Part shown: piece by piece, positions 38,916 to 48,912 of the stretch | How positions within the stretch are numbered: the stretch's first letter is position 1 | Layout: every line of letters starts with the position of its first letter | Assembly: GCA_964626465.1 (NCBI GenBank) | Contig: CAZVFP010000004.1 | Location: 159,491 to 223,490 of the forward strand | Reading direction: 5' to 3' | DNA length: 64,000 bases | DNA from: an uncultured Bacteriovoracaceae bacterium | GTDB taxonomy: Bacteria; Bdellovibrionota; UBA2394 | Position numbers and translations under genes: made by a program | The notes under the pieces: generated by a model | Seen by the model: the letters and a program-made list of their open reading frames with translations, nothing else | Told to the model about the DNA's origin: nothing | The model's database searches: none

Positions 38916-39934
38916 ATGGTGGTCTCGGTGGAAGTCTACCGGTAGCAGCGTCGCAGGTCGCTGAGTCTTGGGACATGCTTTATTATTTTCTTTTTGCCAT
39001 ATGCAGCTTTTTCTTCGTCCTTGTTTGTGGGGCAATGATTGTTTTTGCAATTCGATATCGTGCTCGTCCAAATGTTCAAGCGAGTCATATCACTCACAAC
39101 AATAAGTTAGAAATCGTTTGGACAGTGATTCCAACTATTCTCGTGATGATTATTTTTGTGTGGGGATGGATCGTCTATTCAGGAATGGGGCTCAACCATC
39201 CGACAGACGCCTTAGAGATCAAGGTTCTGGCGAAGCAGTGGAATTGGACCTTTCAGTATGATGATGGGCGAACCATGATGGGAGAAGTCGTTGTACCTGT
39301 GAACAAGCCGGTTAAGTTTGTGATGACATCGAATATCAAGGATGTGATCCATTCATTCTTTTTGCCAAATTTCAGAGTTAAGAAAGATGTCGTGCCTGGG
39401 ATGTTCACGACTCTTTGGGTGAAGCCGACTATTGTGGGTACTCACCAAGTTTTTTGTGCTGAGTATTGCGGAACAGATCACTCGAATATGCTTGCGAAGA
39501 TGCATGTGGTGAGTGATGAAAACTGGCAAAAGTGGAAATGGGGAGCGAAGGTCGATTTTGGACCAGACATAGGAATCGTTGGTGATCCCGTCGTGACACC
39601 AGTCGCGGCACAAGCGCCCACAGCAGCACCCGCTGGAGGTTCTCTTGCGGACGAAGGTAAGAAGGTCACTCAGCAAAAAGGATGTGTGGCATGTCATTCT
39701 GACGACGGCAGTCCGAGAATCGGACCAAGCTACAAGGGAATCTTTGGACACGAAGTTGAAATCGTTGGTGGGTCAAAGGTCATGGTGGATGAGAATTATA
39801 TTCGCGAGTCGGTTATGACTCCCCAAGCGAAAGTTGTTAAGGGTTTTGAAACGATGATAATGCCGCCGTACGCTGGTCAAATAAGTGATTCAGAAATGAT
39901 TGCGATTATCGAATATATTAAGAGCGTGAAATAG
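38912..39934 (+). CDS. coxB: cytochrome c oxidase subunit II with C-terminal cytochrome c domain (caa3-type)
   Basis: CuA site (H...CAEYCGTDHSNM) and C-terminal CVACH heme-c domain. Confidence 0.9.
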   Translation: MNGGLGGSLPVAASQVAESWDMLYYFLFAICSFFFVLVCGAMIVFAIRYRARPNVQASHITHNNKLEIVWTVIPTILVMIIFVWGWIVYSGMGLNHPTDALEIKVLAKQWNWTFQYDDGRTMMGEVVVPVNKPVKFVMTSNIKDVIHSFFLPNFRVKKDVVPGMFTTLWVKPTIVGTHQVFCAEYCGTDHSNMLAKMHVVSDENWQKWKWGAKVDFGPDIGIVGDPVVTPVAAQAPTAAPAGGSLADEGKKVTQQKGCVACHSDDGSPRIGPSYKGIFGHEVEIVGGSKVMVDENYIRESVMTPQAKVVKGFETMIMPPYAGQISDSEMIAIIEYIKSVK

Positions 39935-39943
39935 GAGGACAGC

Positions 39944-41542
39944 ATGTCGAGCAGTCCAGAAGGCACAAATTATCTGAATTATCCACGAGGTTGGAAATCG
40001 TGGCTTGTCACCCTCGATCATAAGCGTATCGGGATGATGTATTTGTTTACGACGCTGGCATTTTTTTTGGTCGGCGGAATCTATGCTTTACTGATTCGTT
40101 TTGAACACTGGACCCCCGGTATGACGATCATGGGTGCGGATACGTATAACAAGGCATTTACCTACCATGGCTCTGTCATGGTTTTCATGGTGATTATCCC
40201 GATGATTCCTGCCGCTCTTGGAAACTTTATTTTGCCAATGATGCTCGGAGCAAAGGACGTTGCTTTTCCGCGCTTAAACCTATTGTCGTATTATGTCTTC
40301 ATGGTTGGAGCTATTTTGGCTCTCTCAACGCTGTTCTTTAAAGGCGTTGATACGGGCTGGACATTCTATACACCATACTCAACAAGAACAGGATCTGCAG
40401 CAGCGATGATGGTTTCTGCCGCGTTCATCATGGGATTTTCGTCTATTCTTACTGGGCTTAATTTTATCGCGAGTATTCACAAATTGAGAGCCCCCGGTCT
40501 TTCTTGGGATCGTCTACCTTTGTTTTTGTGGAGTCTTTATGCGACGAGCATCATCCAAGTTCTTGCCACTCCGGTATTGGCATTGACTCTTGCCTTGATG
40601 GCTATCGAGCGAGTTTTCCATATTGGAATTTTTGATCCTTCTTTAGGTGGGGATCCGGTTTTGTTTCAGCATTTCTTTTGGTTTTATTCTCATCCTGCTG
40701 TTTACATCATGATTCTTCCAGCGATGGGCGTGATCAACGAAGTGATTCCTGTATTCGCTCGAAAGCCAGTCTTTGGATATAAAGCGATGGCTGCGGCGAT
40801 TTTTGGTATTGCGTTGGTGGCCTTCGTCGTTTGGGGACATCATATGTTCACGACTGGACAGTCTGATACCGCCAGTTTTCTTTTCTCTCTGATTACCATG
40901 TTCGTAGCGGTGCCTACTGGGGTGAAAATGTTTGGATGGCTGGCGACTCTTTATAAAGGATCGATTCGCTTTCAAGCCCCGATGCTTTACGCCCTGTCGT
41001 TTTTATTTGTGTTTCTTATAGGAGGTCTGACGGGTGTTGTGCTGGCTACTTTAGGAGCCGATATCCACTTTCATGATACCTATTTCGTCGTCGCGCATTT
41101 TCACTACGTCATGGTGGGAGGTTCGATTACGGCATTTATGGCGGGGGCTCACTACTGGTTTCCAAAATTCTTTGGAAAAATGTATTCGGAGTGTATTGCA
41201 TTTGTCTCGTGGTTGTTCATTTTCATCGGATTTAACGTCACATTTTTTCCGCAATTCATCATGGGCTCTCAGGGAATGCCTCGAAGGTATTACAATTATC
41301 TTCCTCAATTTCAGCATTTGCATCAATTGTCGACGATTGGCGCAGTGATGATCTCGTTAGGATTTGTGATCGCCGCATTTTATTTTGCGTATGCGCTGTG
41401 CAAAGGAAAAGCGGCTCCATCAAATCCATGGGAAGCGAAGACGCTGGAGTGGATGACTTCTTCGCCACCACCACTTGAGAATTTCCGAGTGGATCCTGTG
41501 GTTACTAGCGATTTCTATGATTTTCGTGGGAGGATATCGTGA
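39944..41542 (+). CDS. coxA: cytochrome c oxidase subunit I
   Basis: 532 aa, 12-TM heme-copper oxidase with conserved histidines (WFFGHPEVY-like region: [15 protein letters not shown]; HHMF). Confidence 0.95.
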   Translation: MSSSPEGTNYLNYPRGWKSWLVTLDHKRIGMMYLFTTLAFFLVGGIYALLIRFEHWTPGMTIMGADTYNKAFTYHGSVMVFMVIIPMIPAALGNFILPMMLGAKDVAFPRLNLLSYYVFMVGAILALSTLFFKGVDTGWTFYTPYSTRTGSAAAMMVSAAFIMGFSSILTGLNFIASIHKLRAPGLSWDRLPLFLWSLYATSIIQVLATPVLALTLALMAIERVFHIGIFDPSLGGDPVLFQHFFWFYSHPAVYIMILPAMGVINEVIPVFARKPVFGYKAMAAAIFGIALVAFVVWGHHMFTTGQSDTASFLFSLITMFVAVPTGVKMFGWLATLYKGSIRFQAPMLYALSFLFVFLIGGLTGVVLATLGADIHFHDTYFVVAHFHYVMVGGSITAFMAGAHYWFPKFFGKMYSECIAFVSWLFIFIGFNVTFFPQFIMGSQGMPRRYYNYLPQFQHLHQLSTIGAVMISLGFVIAAFYFAYALCKGKAAPSNPWEAKTLEWMTSSPPPLENFRVDPVVTSDFYDFRGRIS

Positions 41543-42198
41543 GTTCTAATCATTCTCATGGTGACGGACATCATTATGCCCATCACTTTCGAAATGCGAT
41601 GCATGAGTTCCTAACTTGTAAGCTGGGGATGTGGTTGTTTCTGGTTCAAGAGGTTCTCTTTTTTAGTCCGTTATTTGTTGGGTTTTTTATTTTCAAGCAT
41701 GAATATTTTCATGACTTTCATTTGTCTGCACGTGAACTCGACTGGAAAATGGGAGCAACCAATACGGTCATTCTGATTTTAAGTAGCTTTACAATGGCAA
41801 GAGCCGTAACAGCTGCGCAACGAGGATTGAAATCCGCAACGGTTCGAAACTTGGCCCTGACGATTATGTTTGCGTGTGGTTTCTTGGTTGTTAAGTATTT
41901 TGAATATACCCACAAAATTCATTTGGGCATTTTGCCGGGCAGTCATTTTACGAACGCAGAGTTGCTCGCTGAAGCTCCACATGCGCCACTTTATTTTTCA
42001 TTTTATTTTGCCATGACGGGATTGCATGGGCTTCATGTGCTGATTGGAATCGGAGTTCTGTGTTGGATTTTGTTTAGGTCAAAGCGAGGTGACTTTGGTC
42101 CTGATTATTTTACACCAGTCGAAATGACGGGGCTTTATTGGCATTTTGTCGATTTAGTCTGGATATATTTATTTCCGCTTCTTTATCTTGTGGGGTGA
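41539..42198 (+). CDS. coxC: cytochrome c oxidase subunit III
   Basis: 219-aa polytopic membrane protein with subunit III-like motifs ([10 protein letters not shown]). Confidence 0.85.
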   Translation: MSSNHSHGDGHHYAHHFRNAMHEFLTCKLGMWLFLVQEVLFFSPLFVGFFIFKHEYFHDFHLSARELDWKMGATNTVILILSSFTMARAVTAAQRGLKSATVRNLALTIMFACGFLVVKYFEYTHKIHLGILPGSHFTNAELLAEAPHAPLYFSFYFAMTGLHGLHVLIGIGVLCWILFRSKRGDFGPDYFTPVEMTGLYWHFVDLVWIYLFPLLYLVG

Positions 42199-42997
42199 TC
42201 TTATGAGTGGCGATCACGATAAACATCATATTCTTTCTGATAAGATTAGCCTGACAGTTCTGATTGGGCTCTTGGTTCTGACGGTCATAACGGTTGTGGC
42301 TTCGCGTATCGATTTTGGAGATTTCAACTTCGTTATTGCGATGGCGATAGCTTCGGTTAAGGCGTTAATGGTGATGCTCTTTTTTATGGGCTTGAAGTAT
42401 GACGAAAACGAGAATCGAGCTTTTTTCTTCTCATCTTTTCTATTTCTTGCGATTTTCATTTTTTTCACGGCGTCCGATATATATACGCGCCCCACTAATT
42501 GGCGAAACACTGGATCTCATCTGAAAGAAGTAGCTCAGTCGGGGGTATCGAAGTTCAAAAAGCCGTGGGTCAGTTCGCCTGAACTTGTTGCCCATGGCAA
42601 AGAAATCTTTCAAGCCCAATGTGTCGTATGTCATGGAGCGGATGGACATGGCGATGGGCCAGCGTCTGGGGCTCTCAATCCAAAACCACGAAATTTTCAT
42701 GAAGAGCAGGGCTGGAAAAATGGGCGAAAAATTAGCGATGTTTTTGGAACGCTAAAAAATGGGCTCAATTCTATGCCTTCATTTGCGACCCTATCTCAAG
42801 ATGATCGATGGTCGGTGGCTCACTATATTTTGAGTTTAGGGCCTACGGCTCCGGTTGCGAGCACAGACGACCTGAAGAAGGTGGGCATTGTGGACGTGAC
42901 CAAAGATGATGGCGGCATGGGCGGTGCGGAAGCAGCTCATAAGAAAATCCCCGTAGAATTTGCCATCGATCGATATTTGCAATCACAGAGAAAATAG
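42188..42997 (+). CDS. fusion of prokaryotic cytochrome c oxidase subunit IV (COX4_pro/CtaF-like) with a class I cytochrome c domain
   Basis: N-terminal ~100 aa: small 3-TM subunit IV-like module (HDKHHILSDKISLTVLIGLLVLTV...IASVKALMVMLFFMGLKYDEN); C-terminal domain has CVVCHGADGHGDG and a downstream Met (NSMP) typical of monoheme cyt c. Confidence 0.7.
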   Translation: MWGDLMSGDHDKHHILSDKISLTVLIGLLVLTVITVVASRIDFGDFNFVIAMAIASVKALMVMLFFMGLKYDENENRAFFFSSFLFLAIFIFFTASDIYTRPTNWRNTGSHLKEVAQSGVSKFKKPWVSSPELVAHGKEIFQAQCVVCHGADGHGDGPASGALNPKPRNFHEEQGWKNGRKISDVFGTLKNGLNSMPSFATLSQDDRWSVAHYILSLGPTAPVASTDDLKKVGIVDVTKDDGGMGGAEAAHKKIPVEFAIDRYLQSQRK

Positions 42998-43029
42998 TAA
43001 AAGCTCCTTCCAGTTGAAGGAGGTTTACT

Positions 43030-43935
43030 ATGAGTGCAGACAATACCAAGCTTTGGTTTCGGTTACAGGGGGTACTCTGTGGGATTCTTTTCTTTCTGAT
43101 CGTTTTCGGCGCGGGTGTTCGACTGGCAAATGCGGGATTAGCATGCCCTGATTGGCCGAAATGTTTTGGCGTGCTCGTGCCAGATTTTAATTTCGGAATA
43201 TTCATGGAATGGTTTCATCGATTGATCGCAGGATCCGTGGGTATCATTGCTTTTCTGGTCGGCGTAAAGGTTTTTAGAACTTCAACCTTGAGAACTGTTT
43301 TGGGAATGCCCGTTTGTATTTCCCTTTTTCTTTTTGGAGTTCAAGCGTTTCTAGGCGGTCAGACAGTTCTTCAGTTTTTGCGAGGCGAAATTGTTACGGC
43401 TCACTTGGCTTTTGGATATCTTTTGTTCGCGACAAATCTTGCAATTTATATTCGATGGAAAAAGATGAGATCACATTCAGAGATCCTAAAGACCCCGCTC
43501 GGACTAAAAATATTTGCTCGCGTGGTATTCGTTGTTTCGTATCTTCAGGCGATTCTGGGGGCTTTGGTAAGTTCGCATTATGCAGGGCTTGCGTGTCCCG
43601 ATTTTCCAACCTGTCATGATCACTGGATTCCATCGCCCTTTGAAGGGAATATCGCCATTCATATGTTGCACCGAATGGGAGCTGTGGCGGTTCTCATCAC
43701 AAGTCTGATTTACTTACTTTATACATTGAGAATTTCCCGTCGGTCCCCCCAGCTGATTGGCTTTCATAAATTGGCAAAGGGCGGGTTCATTGTCGTGGTG
43801 GTGCAGTGGTGCTTGGGAATATCGATGATTTTTTCAACTATTCATCCGGGATTGAGTTTGTTTCATTCATTATTCGCGTTATCTATTTTCTCAATGTACG
43901 TCATAGGTGCGGTGAGAGTAGGACTATCGAAGTGA
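43030..43935 (+). CDS. ctaA: heme A synthase (CtaA/COX15 family)
   Basis: 8-TM protein with paired Cys (CPDWPKC and CPDFPTC) and conserved His as in type-1 CtaA. Confidence 0.75.
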   Translation: MSADNTKLWFRLQGVLCGILFFLIVFGAGVRLANAGLACPDWPKCFGVLVPDFNFGIFMEWFHRLIAGSVGIIAFLVGVKVFRTSTLRTVLGMPVCISLFLFGVQAFLGGQTVLQFLRGEIVTAHLAFGYLLFATNLAIYIRWKKMRSHSEILKTPLGLKIFARVVFVVSYLQAILGALVSSHYAGLACPDFPTCHDHWIPSPFEGNIAIHMLHRMGAVAVLITSLIYLLYTLRISRRSPQLIGFHKLAKGGFIVVVVQWCLGISMIFSTIHPGLSLFHSLFALSIFSMYVIGAVRVGLSK

Positions 43936-44822
43936 GAAGAATTTCGGAATATTTTAGATTAACCAAACCAACGATTGTTCTCTTGGTTGGAATCACTGGT
44001 TTCGCGACAATGCTCGCCGAGGGTACTTTTTTTTCTCGGCCTCTCGATATGACTCTTTGTCTGCTCGCAATCATGGCGGCTGCTGGGTCAGCAAATACAC
44101 TCAATCAGATTATTGATCTGGATATCGATTCTTTGATGGAGAGAACTCGAAAAAAAAGGCCTCTTCCGCGAGAAGCGATTCATGTGAGCCGTGCGATTTT
44201 GTTTGCTGTATTTTTGGGAGTCGGCTCGAGCTATTTTTTGTGGAATTATTTTAATCCATTATCGGCATGGATCAGCATGGGCACGATTCTGTTCTATATA
44301 CTCATTTACACAATCTGGCTGAAGCGAAGACATCACTATAATATCGTTATTGGTGGTGCGGCTGGTTCGACCGCCCCCTTGATTGCGTCGGCTGCAGCAT
44401 TTGGTCATATATCGTGGCTGGCCTGGCTTGGATTTTGGATCATCTTTACATGGACTCCGCCGCATTTCTGGGCCCTCGCCTTGGCGATCAAAGATGATTA
44501 TGCAAAGGCAAAAATTCCGATGCTTCCAAATGTCGCTGGCGATCGTCGAACTAAAATAGAAATCATCGCCTATACAGTTGTTCTCATCCCCCTCACGGTG
44601 GTGCCACTGATTATGAAAGATGCGCATTTGGCGATTGTGATTGTGACGGCAGGTCTCGGGGGGTATTATCTGTTTCAAACGATTAAACAATTAAATCGCT
44701 CGGATCGTTCTTCGTATATGCGGCTATTTTATTTTTCAATTCTCTACCTGTTTTTTATCTTTTTGTTTTTAAGTGTCGAGGGAATTGGCCGCTGGATGAC
44801 AGGAGGAACCTTGTGGGTATAA
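43932..44822 (+). CDS. ctaB: protoheme IX farnesyltransferase (heme O synthase)
   Basis: UbiA-family motifs (YFRLTKPTIVLL..., NQIIDLDIDSLMERT); start placed at GTG 43932 overlapping the ctaA stop (ORF track starts 43806 inside ctaA). Confidence 0.85.
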   Translation: MRRISEYFRLTKPTIVLLVGITGFATMLAEGTFFSRPLDMTLCLLAIMAAAGSANTLNQIIDLDIDSLMERTRKKRPLPREAIHVSRAILFAVFLGVGSSYFLWNYFNPLSAWISMGTILFYILIYTIWLKRRHHYNIVIGGAAGSTAPLIASAAAFGHISWLAWLGFWIIFTWTPPHFWALALAIKDDYAKAKIPMLPNVAGDRRTKIEIIAYTVVLIPLTVVPLIMKDAHLAIVIVTAGLGGYYLFQTIKQLNRSDRSSYMRLFYFSILYLFFIFLFLSVEGIGRWMTGGTLWV

Positions 44823-45988
44823 AGGCGAAGACATCACAACTGGTTCTCTTTCTTGTTGTTTTTATCGACCTCGTTGGGTTTGGCATTGTTATTCCGATGC
44901 TGCCTTTGTATGCGCGGAGTTTTCAGGCATCCGCATCTGAAGTGGGTGCATTGATGTTTGTTTACTCACTTTTTCAAATGTTGATTTCACCGATGTGGGG
45001 AATTTTGTCGGATCGTTGGGGACGAAAACCTGTTCTCATTTTGACTATGGCTGGGCAAGCGGTCTGCTATGCGTGGGCGGGCTTTTCACATTCTTACTTT
45101 GACCTTCTTTTGACACGGGCTTGTGCAGGGTTATTTGCTGGCAATATTTCCACGGCAAATGCATTCATGGCGGACATTAGCACTCCCGAACAAAGGGTAA
45201 AGGGCATGGGACTCATGGGGGCCGCATTTGGTTTGGGATTTGTTCTGGGTCCGGCATTTGGCGGATTGATGATGACGATTGGAAACGCAATTCCATTTTT
45301 CGCAGCTGGAGGGCTCTGCGCGCTGAATCTGATTGTAGCCGCTGTCGTTCTTAAGGATACAAGCACTGCTGAATCTCGAGAGGCAAACCGCCGGCGTTTA
45401 AATTGGTTACAGGTTTTTAAATCAGTCTTGTCCCGCAAGCTAGGATTTCTGGTTCTTTCGTCATTTGCGATGACTTTAGCATTAACGCAACTCGAGGTTA
45501 CTTTTTCTCTGTTTGCGGTGGATAGATTTTTACTCGACCCACATAAAGCGCTTTATCTTCTGGCCTTCATGGGAATTGTGATGGCGATTGTGCAGGGAGG
45601 ATTCGTCGGTCGCTTAAATAAAAAATACAAAGAAATCCGGATGGCCATCACTGGCGTGGTATTCGTGGTTCTTGGTCTGGCGACGCTTGTTTTTTCTTAC
45701 GGAGTTATTCTGGGAGCCATCGCACTAGCTGTGATGGCGGTGGGATACAGTTTGGCGAATCCGTGCTTGATGGCAATGGTCTCAAAGGCCTCAGCAGCGG
45801 ATTCTCACGGCACGGCGTTTGGTCTTTATCAGTCGTCATCGAGTTTAGCGCGCATTGTAGGTCCAATCATGGCGGGATATCTTTATGATATTCGGATTGA
45901 GTTTCCCTTTGTGTCTGGAATTCTTCTTGTGATGATTTCTGGGTTTTTACTGACATTCGAAATGTTTAAGCAGGAGGCCGTTTCATGA
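44813..45988 (+). CDS. MFS transporter
   Basis: 12-TM protein with MFS motif A (GILSDRWGRKPVLIL). Confidence 0.75.
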   Translation: MGIKAKTSQLVLFLVVFIDLVGFGIVIPMLPLYARSFQASASEVGALMFVYSLFQMLISPMWGILSDRWGRKPVLILTMAGQAVCYAWAGFSHSYFDLLLTRACAGLFAGNISTANAFMADISTPEQRVKGMGLMGAAFGLGFVLGPAFGGLMMTIGNAIPFFAAGGLCALNLIVAAVVLKDTSTAESREANRRRLNWLQVFKSVLSRKLGFLVLSSFAMTLALTQLEVTFSLFAVDRFLLDPHKALYLLAFMGIVMAIVQGGFVGRLNKKYKEIRMAITGVVFVVLGLATLVFSYGVILGAIALAVMAVGYSLANPCLMAMVSKASAADSHGTAFGLYQSSSSLARIVGPIMAGYLYDIRIEFPFVSGILLVMISGFLLTFEMFKQEAVS

Positions 45989-46596
45989 GTACGCTCGTTT
46001 TACTTCGTCATGGTCAATCTCAATGGAATTTGGAAAACAGATTCACTGGATGGATCGACGTGGAACTTTCTCCGAAGGGAGTTGAAGAAGCTCAGCTGGC
46101 CGGACAGCGTATCGCGAAGCTTGATCTGCCATGGACTATAGCTCATACATCGCGATTGAAGCGTGCACAGAAAACTTTGGAGATCGTTCTATCGGCCGTG
46201 AAACAAAGCCCGCCGATTTGGATTGATTCCGCATTGAATGAAAGATTTTATGGAGATCTTCAAGGTTTGAACAAAGATGAGACTCGACAAAAATTTGGTG
46301 ACGAGCAGGTACATATTTGGCGACGAAGCTTCGATGTTCCTCCGCCGAATGGCGAGAGCTTGCAAGACACGAGCAAGAGATCCATTCCATATTTTACACA
46401 TTATATTTTGCCGGAGTTAAAAGCCGGAAAGAATATTTTGATTGTGGCTCACGGAAATTCTTTGCGTTCGATCGTGATGAAACTCGAGGGGCTCACTCCC
46501 GAGCAGATTCTGAAACGCGAACTCGCGACGGGTGTGCCATTGGTTTATGACTTAGGAAAAAATGCTGAAGTCTTGAGTCACCGTGAGCTCGTTTAG
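45985..46596 (+). CDS. histidine phosphatase family protein, phosphoglycerate mutase-like (2,3-BPG-dependent type)
   Basis: LVLLRHGQSQWNLENRFTGW (RHG catalytic motif) and the downstream AHGNSLR motif. Confidence 0.75.
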   Translation: MSTLVLLRHGQSQWNLENRFTGWIDVELSPKGVEEAQLAGQRIAKLDLPWTIAHTSRLKRAQKTLEIVLSAVKQSPPIWIDSALNERFYGDLQGLNKDETRQKFGDEQVHIWRRSFDVPPPNGESLQDTSKRSIPYFTHYILPELKAGKNILIVAHGNSLRSIVMKLEGLTPEQILKRELATGVPLVYDLGKNAEVLSHRELV

Positions 46597-46599
46597 ATC

Positions 46600-48777
46600 T
46601 TATGGCTTACGAGGGTTTGCAGACGTCATTGACTGATTCACTTCTTCTTCCGCATTGATAGCAAGAACTGTGGAGGCATACGGAGCAGCCTTCTTAAGTT
46701 CGAAGTAGTCTTTGGCCGTCGGATTGAGAGAAGAGAATTTTTTAATGTGTTCAGTGATGATCCGATGTGTTGATTTTTTATAGTCGTTGGAGGGAGTCTC
46801 GACCTGCATAGAAATAGCTTTGATAAAGTCTGCAGGGTTTTTAGCTTTTTCCAAACTGTTTTGCGTGATCCACTCGATTATCTCAACAGACCTGAATTGC
46901 TTCTTTAGCAAATTGAAATCTTGAATATTAGGATCAAACTTTTGAAATTGGCTGAAATTCGTTGTAAGCAGCTTGCCCAATTCCTCACTGTGTACAGGGG
47001 TATTCATTGATGCTGGAGCAGTGAAAGCTGCAATGAATTCACCAGAATTCTGTGCGAGATAAATTCCTTTTTTCGTGATTTCCAGATCAACTTGGAATAA
47101 AGCAGAAACGTTTTTTAGCATGCCAATCTCTATGTCGGATGGGTGGAGTTTATAAAATCGGTCGAGCTTCTCAAGAATGAGATCATGAATTGAGCGACGT
47201 TGAGCCTCTGACGGGGGATAAGGAAGGCCTTTAACGACAGAAATGAAATCTTGAGCCGATGAGACATCTTCGAGCCACCGATCAAGAACCAGTCTGTGTG
47301 TCTCGACGATGGCGTTCGATCTTAGCAGTGAGAACAGATCGTTCTCAGTCGGATTTAGCGACTTAAATTTTTTCCAGTATTGCATCAATGAGCCACGTCG
47401 ATGGTTTTGTTCCGTAATAAGATCTAGAAAGTGATTAAAATCTTTGAGATTTTTACTCGAGGCGAGCCCAATTTCTGCATAGAAGATTTGTCCAATTGGG
47501 GCTCGTTCTGATTTTGCATTTTTGGAAATCCATCTGGGATTCATGATATCGCTGCGAAATTTTCTATAATCCGAGTACTGCGACAGAATGGACGTTGCCG
47601 CGATTCGAAATCGATCTATCTCATCCAGAAGAGCGCGCCTTGTTTCTTGTTTAAATTCTAACTTGGTCACGAGGGTTTTAGCCTGATCGATTTGCTTCAA
47701 TTTTCTTCTCAAGGAGTTCAGAGCGGCAGTATGAATCACGGCGGCTTGATCGAGCTGTTGAAGTCCCTGCGAATCAGAGAGCCTCCCTTTGGTGGCATTG
47801 CTGCGGTTTTCATAATATTGATGGACTTTGTAGAGGCTGCCGAGGATCGACTTTTGAAGGTCAACATGTGGTGCTGAACTGTATAATCCAATATTTTGGC
47901 TGTGATCAAAATCATACGGTGTAAACGAGATCTCGTCGGAATCAGATGGCTGAAGGGGTATCAGGTTGTGCGCACCGTTAAATGAATAATCGGTATTCCC
48001 CATGATATGCTCAAAGGTTTCGGTAGAAAAATTAGCCAAGCTGAGCCCCTCGTCAGTCGCATGAGTGACTTCGGGCGTGTCCTTCTCTAGTTTGGCCATT
48101 CCGAGGCGCTTAGCCATAGCCTTTTTACCCTCAAGAAGAATGCCGAGGCCGGAAGCAATTTGACCTTTATCTTTGTCCTTGTCCATATAGTCAATCCAAA
48201 CAAGTCGAGCCAGACGGGAATTGTCATTGAGAATATTTGATAGGCGATAGTAGTAAAATTCTTTGAGGATATTTTGATTGTAGTCATTCGAAATCTCGAT
48301 TGTATTTCCCCAGGGGTGAGGCACTAAATCAAAAGATCGGCTGGTCGGGAACAGTGAATCCGCCTTCGAATTTGAATCGCCTTCTAGAATTTCCATATCT
48401 AAAGGTTTTATTCTGTTTTGTGTACGCCGCTGATTCCCTCGCTGGCGCAACGACACTAATGCCTTTTTTTCAGAACCGTTCGGATCTCTAAAGTTCAGCT
48501 CGCCAGAAACTGAGCCATTGAATCCAGCATTGAAAAGTTGAGTCGTGTCGGTAACAAGTTGAATTCGAAGGGGATTGTCGAGAGATTGGAATAACTTCGG
48601 CAGTTTGGTCTCGTCAAACTGAATCGCTGAGAGAAGAGTGTCGATATCGTAGCTTGCCTGCGCCACAGAATTGAACTGAATGCATGATGTATTTCTCGAG
48701 TCTTCTCCATAGGCTGCGTGTCTGAAGCTTGTGACGACAGCAAAGAGGCCAAGTTGTATAGCCAGGATTCTGCTCAT
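46600..48777 (-). CDS. large hypothetical secreted protein with internal helical repeats
   Basis: 725 aa with a signal peptide (MSRILAIQLGLFAVVTSFRHAAYG); N-terminal region of unknown fold; C-terminal half has recurring ~100-aa modules marked by NPT(E/A)xD(L/Y)F-type motifs (SLNPTENDLF, SLNPTAKDYF, NPADFIKA, DPNIQDF). Confidence 0.5.
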   Translation of the reverse strand: MSRILAIQLGLFAVVTSFRHAAYGEDSRNTSCIQFNSVAQASYDIDTLLSAIQFDETKLPKLFQSLDNPLRIQLVTDTTQLFNAGFNGSVSGELNFRDPNGSEKKALVSLRQRGNQRRTQNRIKPLDMEILEGDSNSKADSLFPTSRSFDLVPHPWGNTIEISNDYNQNILKEFYYYRLSNILNDNSRLARLVWIDYMDKDKDKGQIASGLGILLEGKKAMAKRLGMAKLEKDTPEVTHATDEGLSLANFSTETFEHIMGNTDYSFNGAHNLIPLQPSDSDEISFTPYDFDHSQNIGLYSSAPHVDLQKSILGSLYKVHQYYENRSNATKGRLSDSQGLQQLDQAAVIHTAALNSLRRKLKQIDQAKTLVTKLEFKQETRRALLDEIDRFRIAATSILSQYSDYRKFRSDIMNPRWISKNAKSERAPIGQIFYAEIGLASSKNLKDFNHFLDLITEQNHRRGSLMQYWKKFKSLNPTENDLFSLLRSNAIVETHRLVLDRWLEDVSSAQDFISVVKGLPYPPSEAQRRSIHDLILEKLDRFYKLHPSDIEIGMLKNVSALFQVDLEITKKGIYLAQNSGEFIAAFTAPASMNTPVHSEELGKLLTTNFSQFQKFDPNIQDFNLLKKQFRSVEIIEWITQNSLEKAKNPADFIKAISMQVETPSNDYKKSTHRIITEHIKKFSSLNPTAKDYFELKKAAPYASTVLAINAEEEVNQSMTSANPRKP

Positions 48778-48912
48778 ATTGGTTACTTGTTACGATAGCA
48801 ATTTGTGTGCCCGGAAATACCTAAACCAATTCAATGAGATATGCTTGGCGCCCGGGTAAATCTGCATAAGGCACAATCATTGATTGATGAAAAAAATTCA
48901 TAGCGTTGGGAT

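Noticed and set aside
46600-48777. Atypical kinase-like catalytic motifs (D-x-x-x-N ... DFD) in the 725-aa secreted protein
   Set aside because: The spacing does not match the H-x-D-x4-N catalytic loop of protein-kinase-like folds. The resemblance is too weak to report without a profile or structure search.
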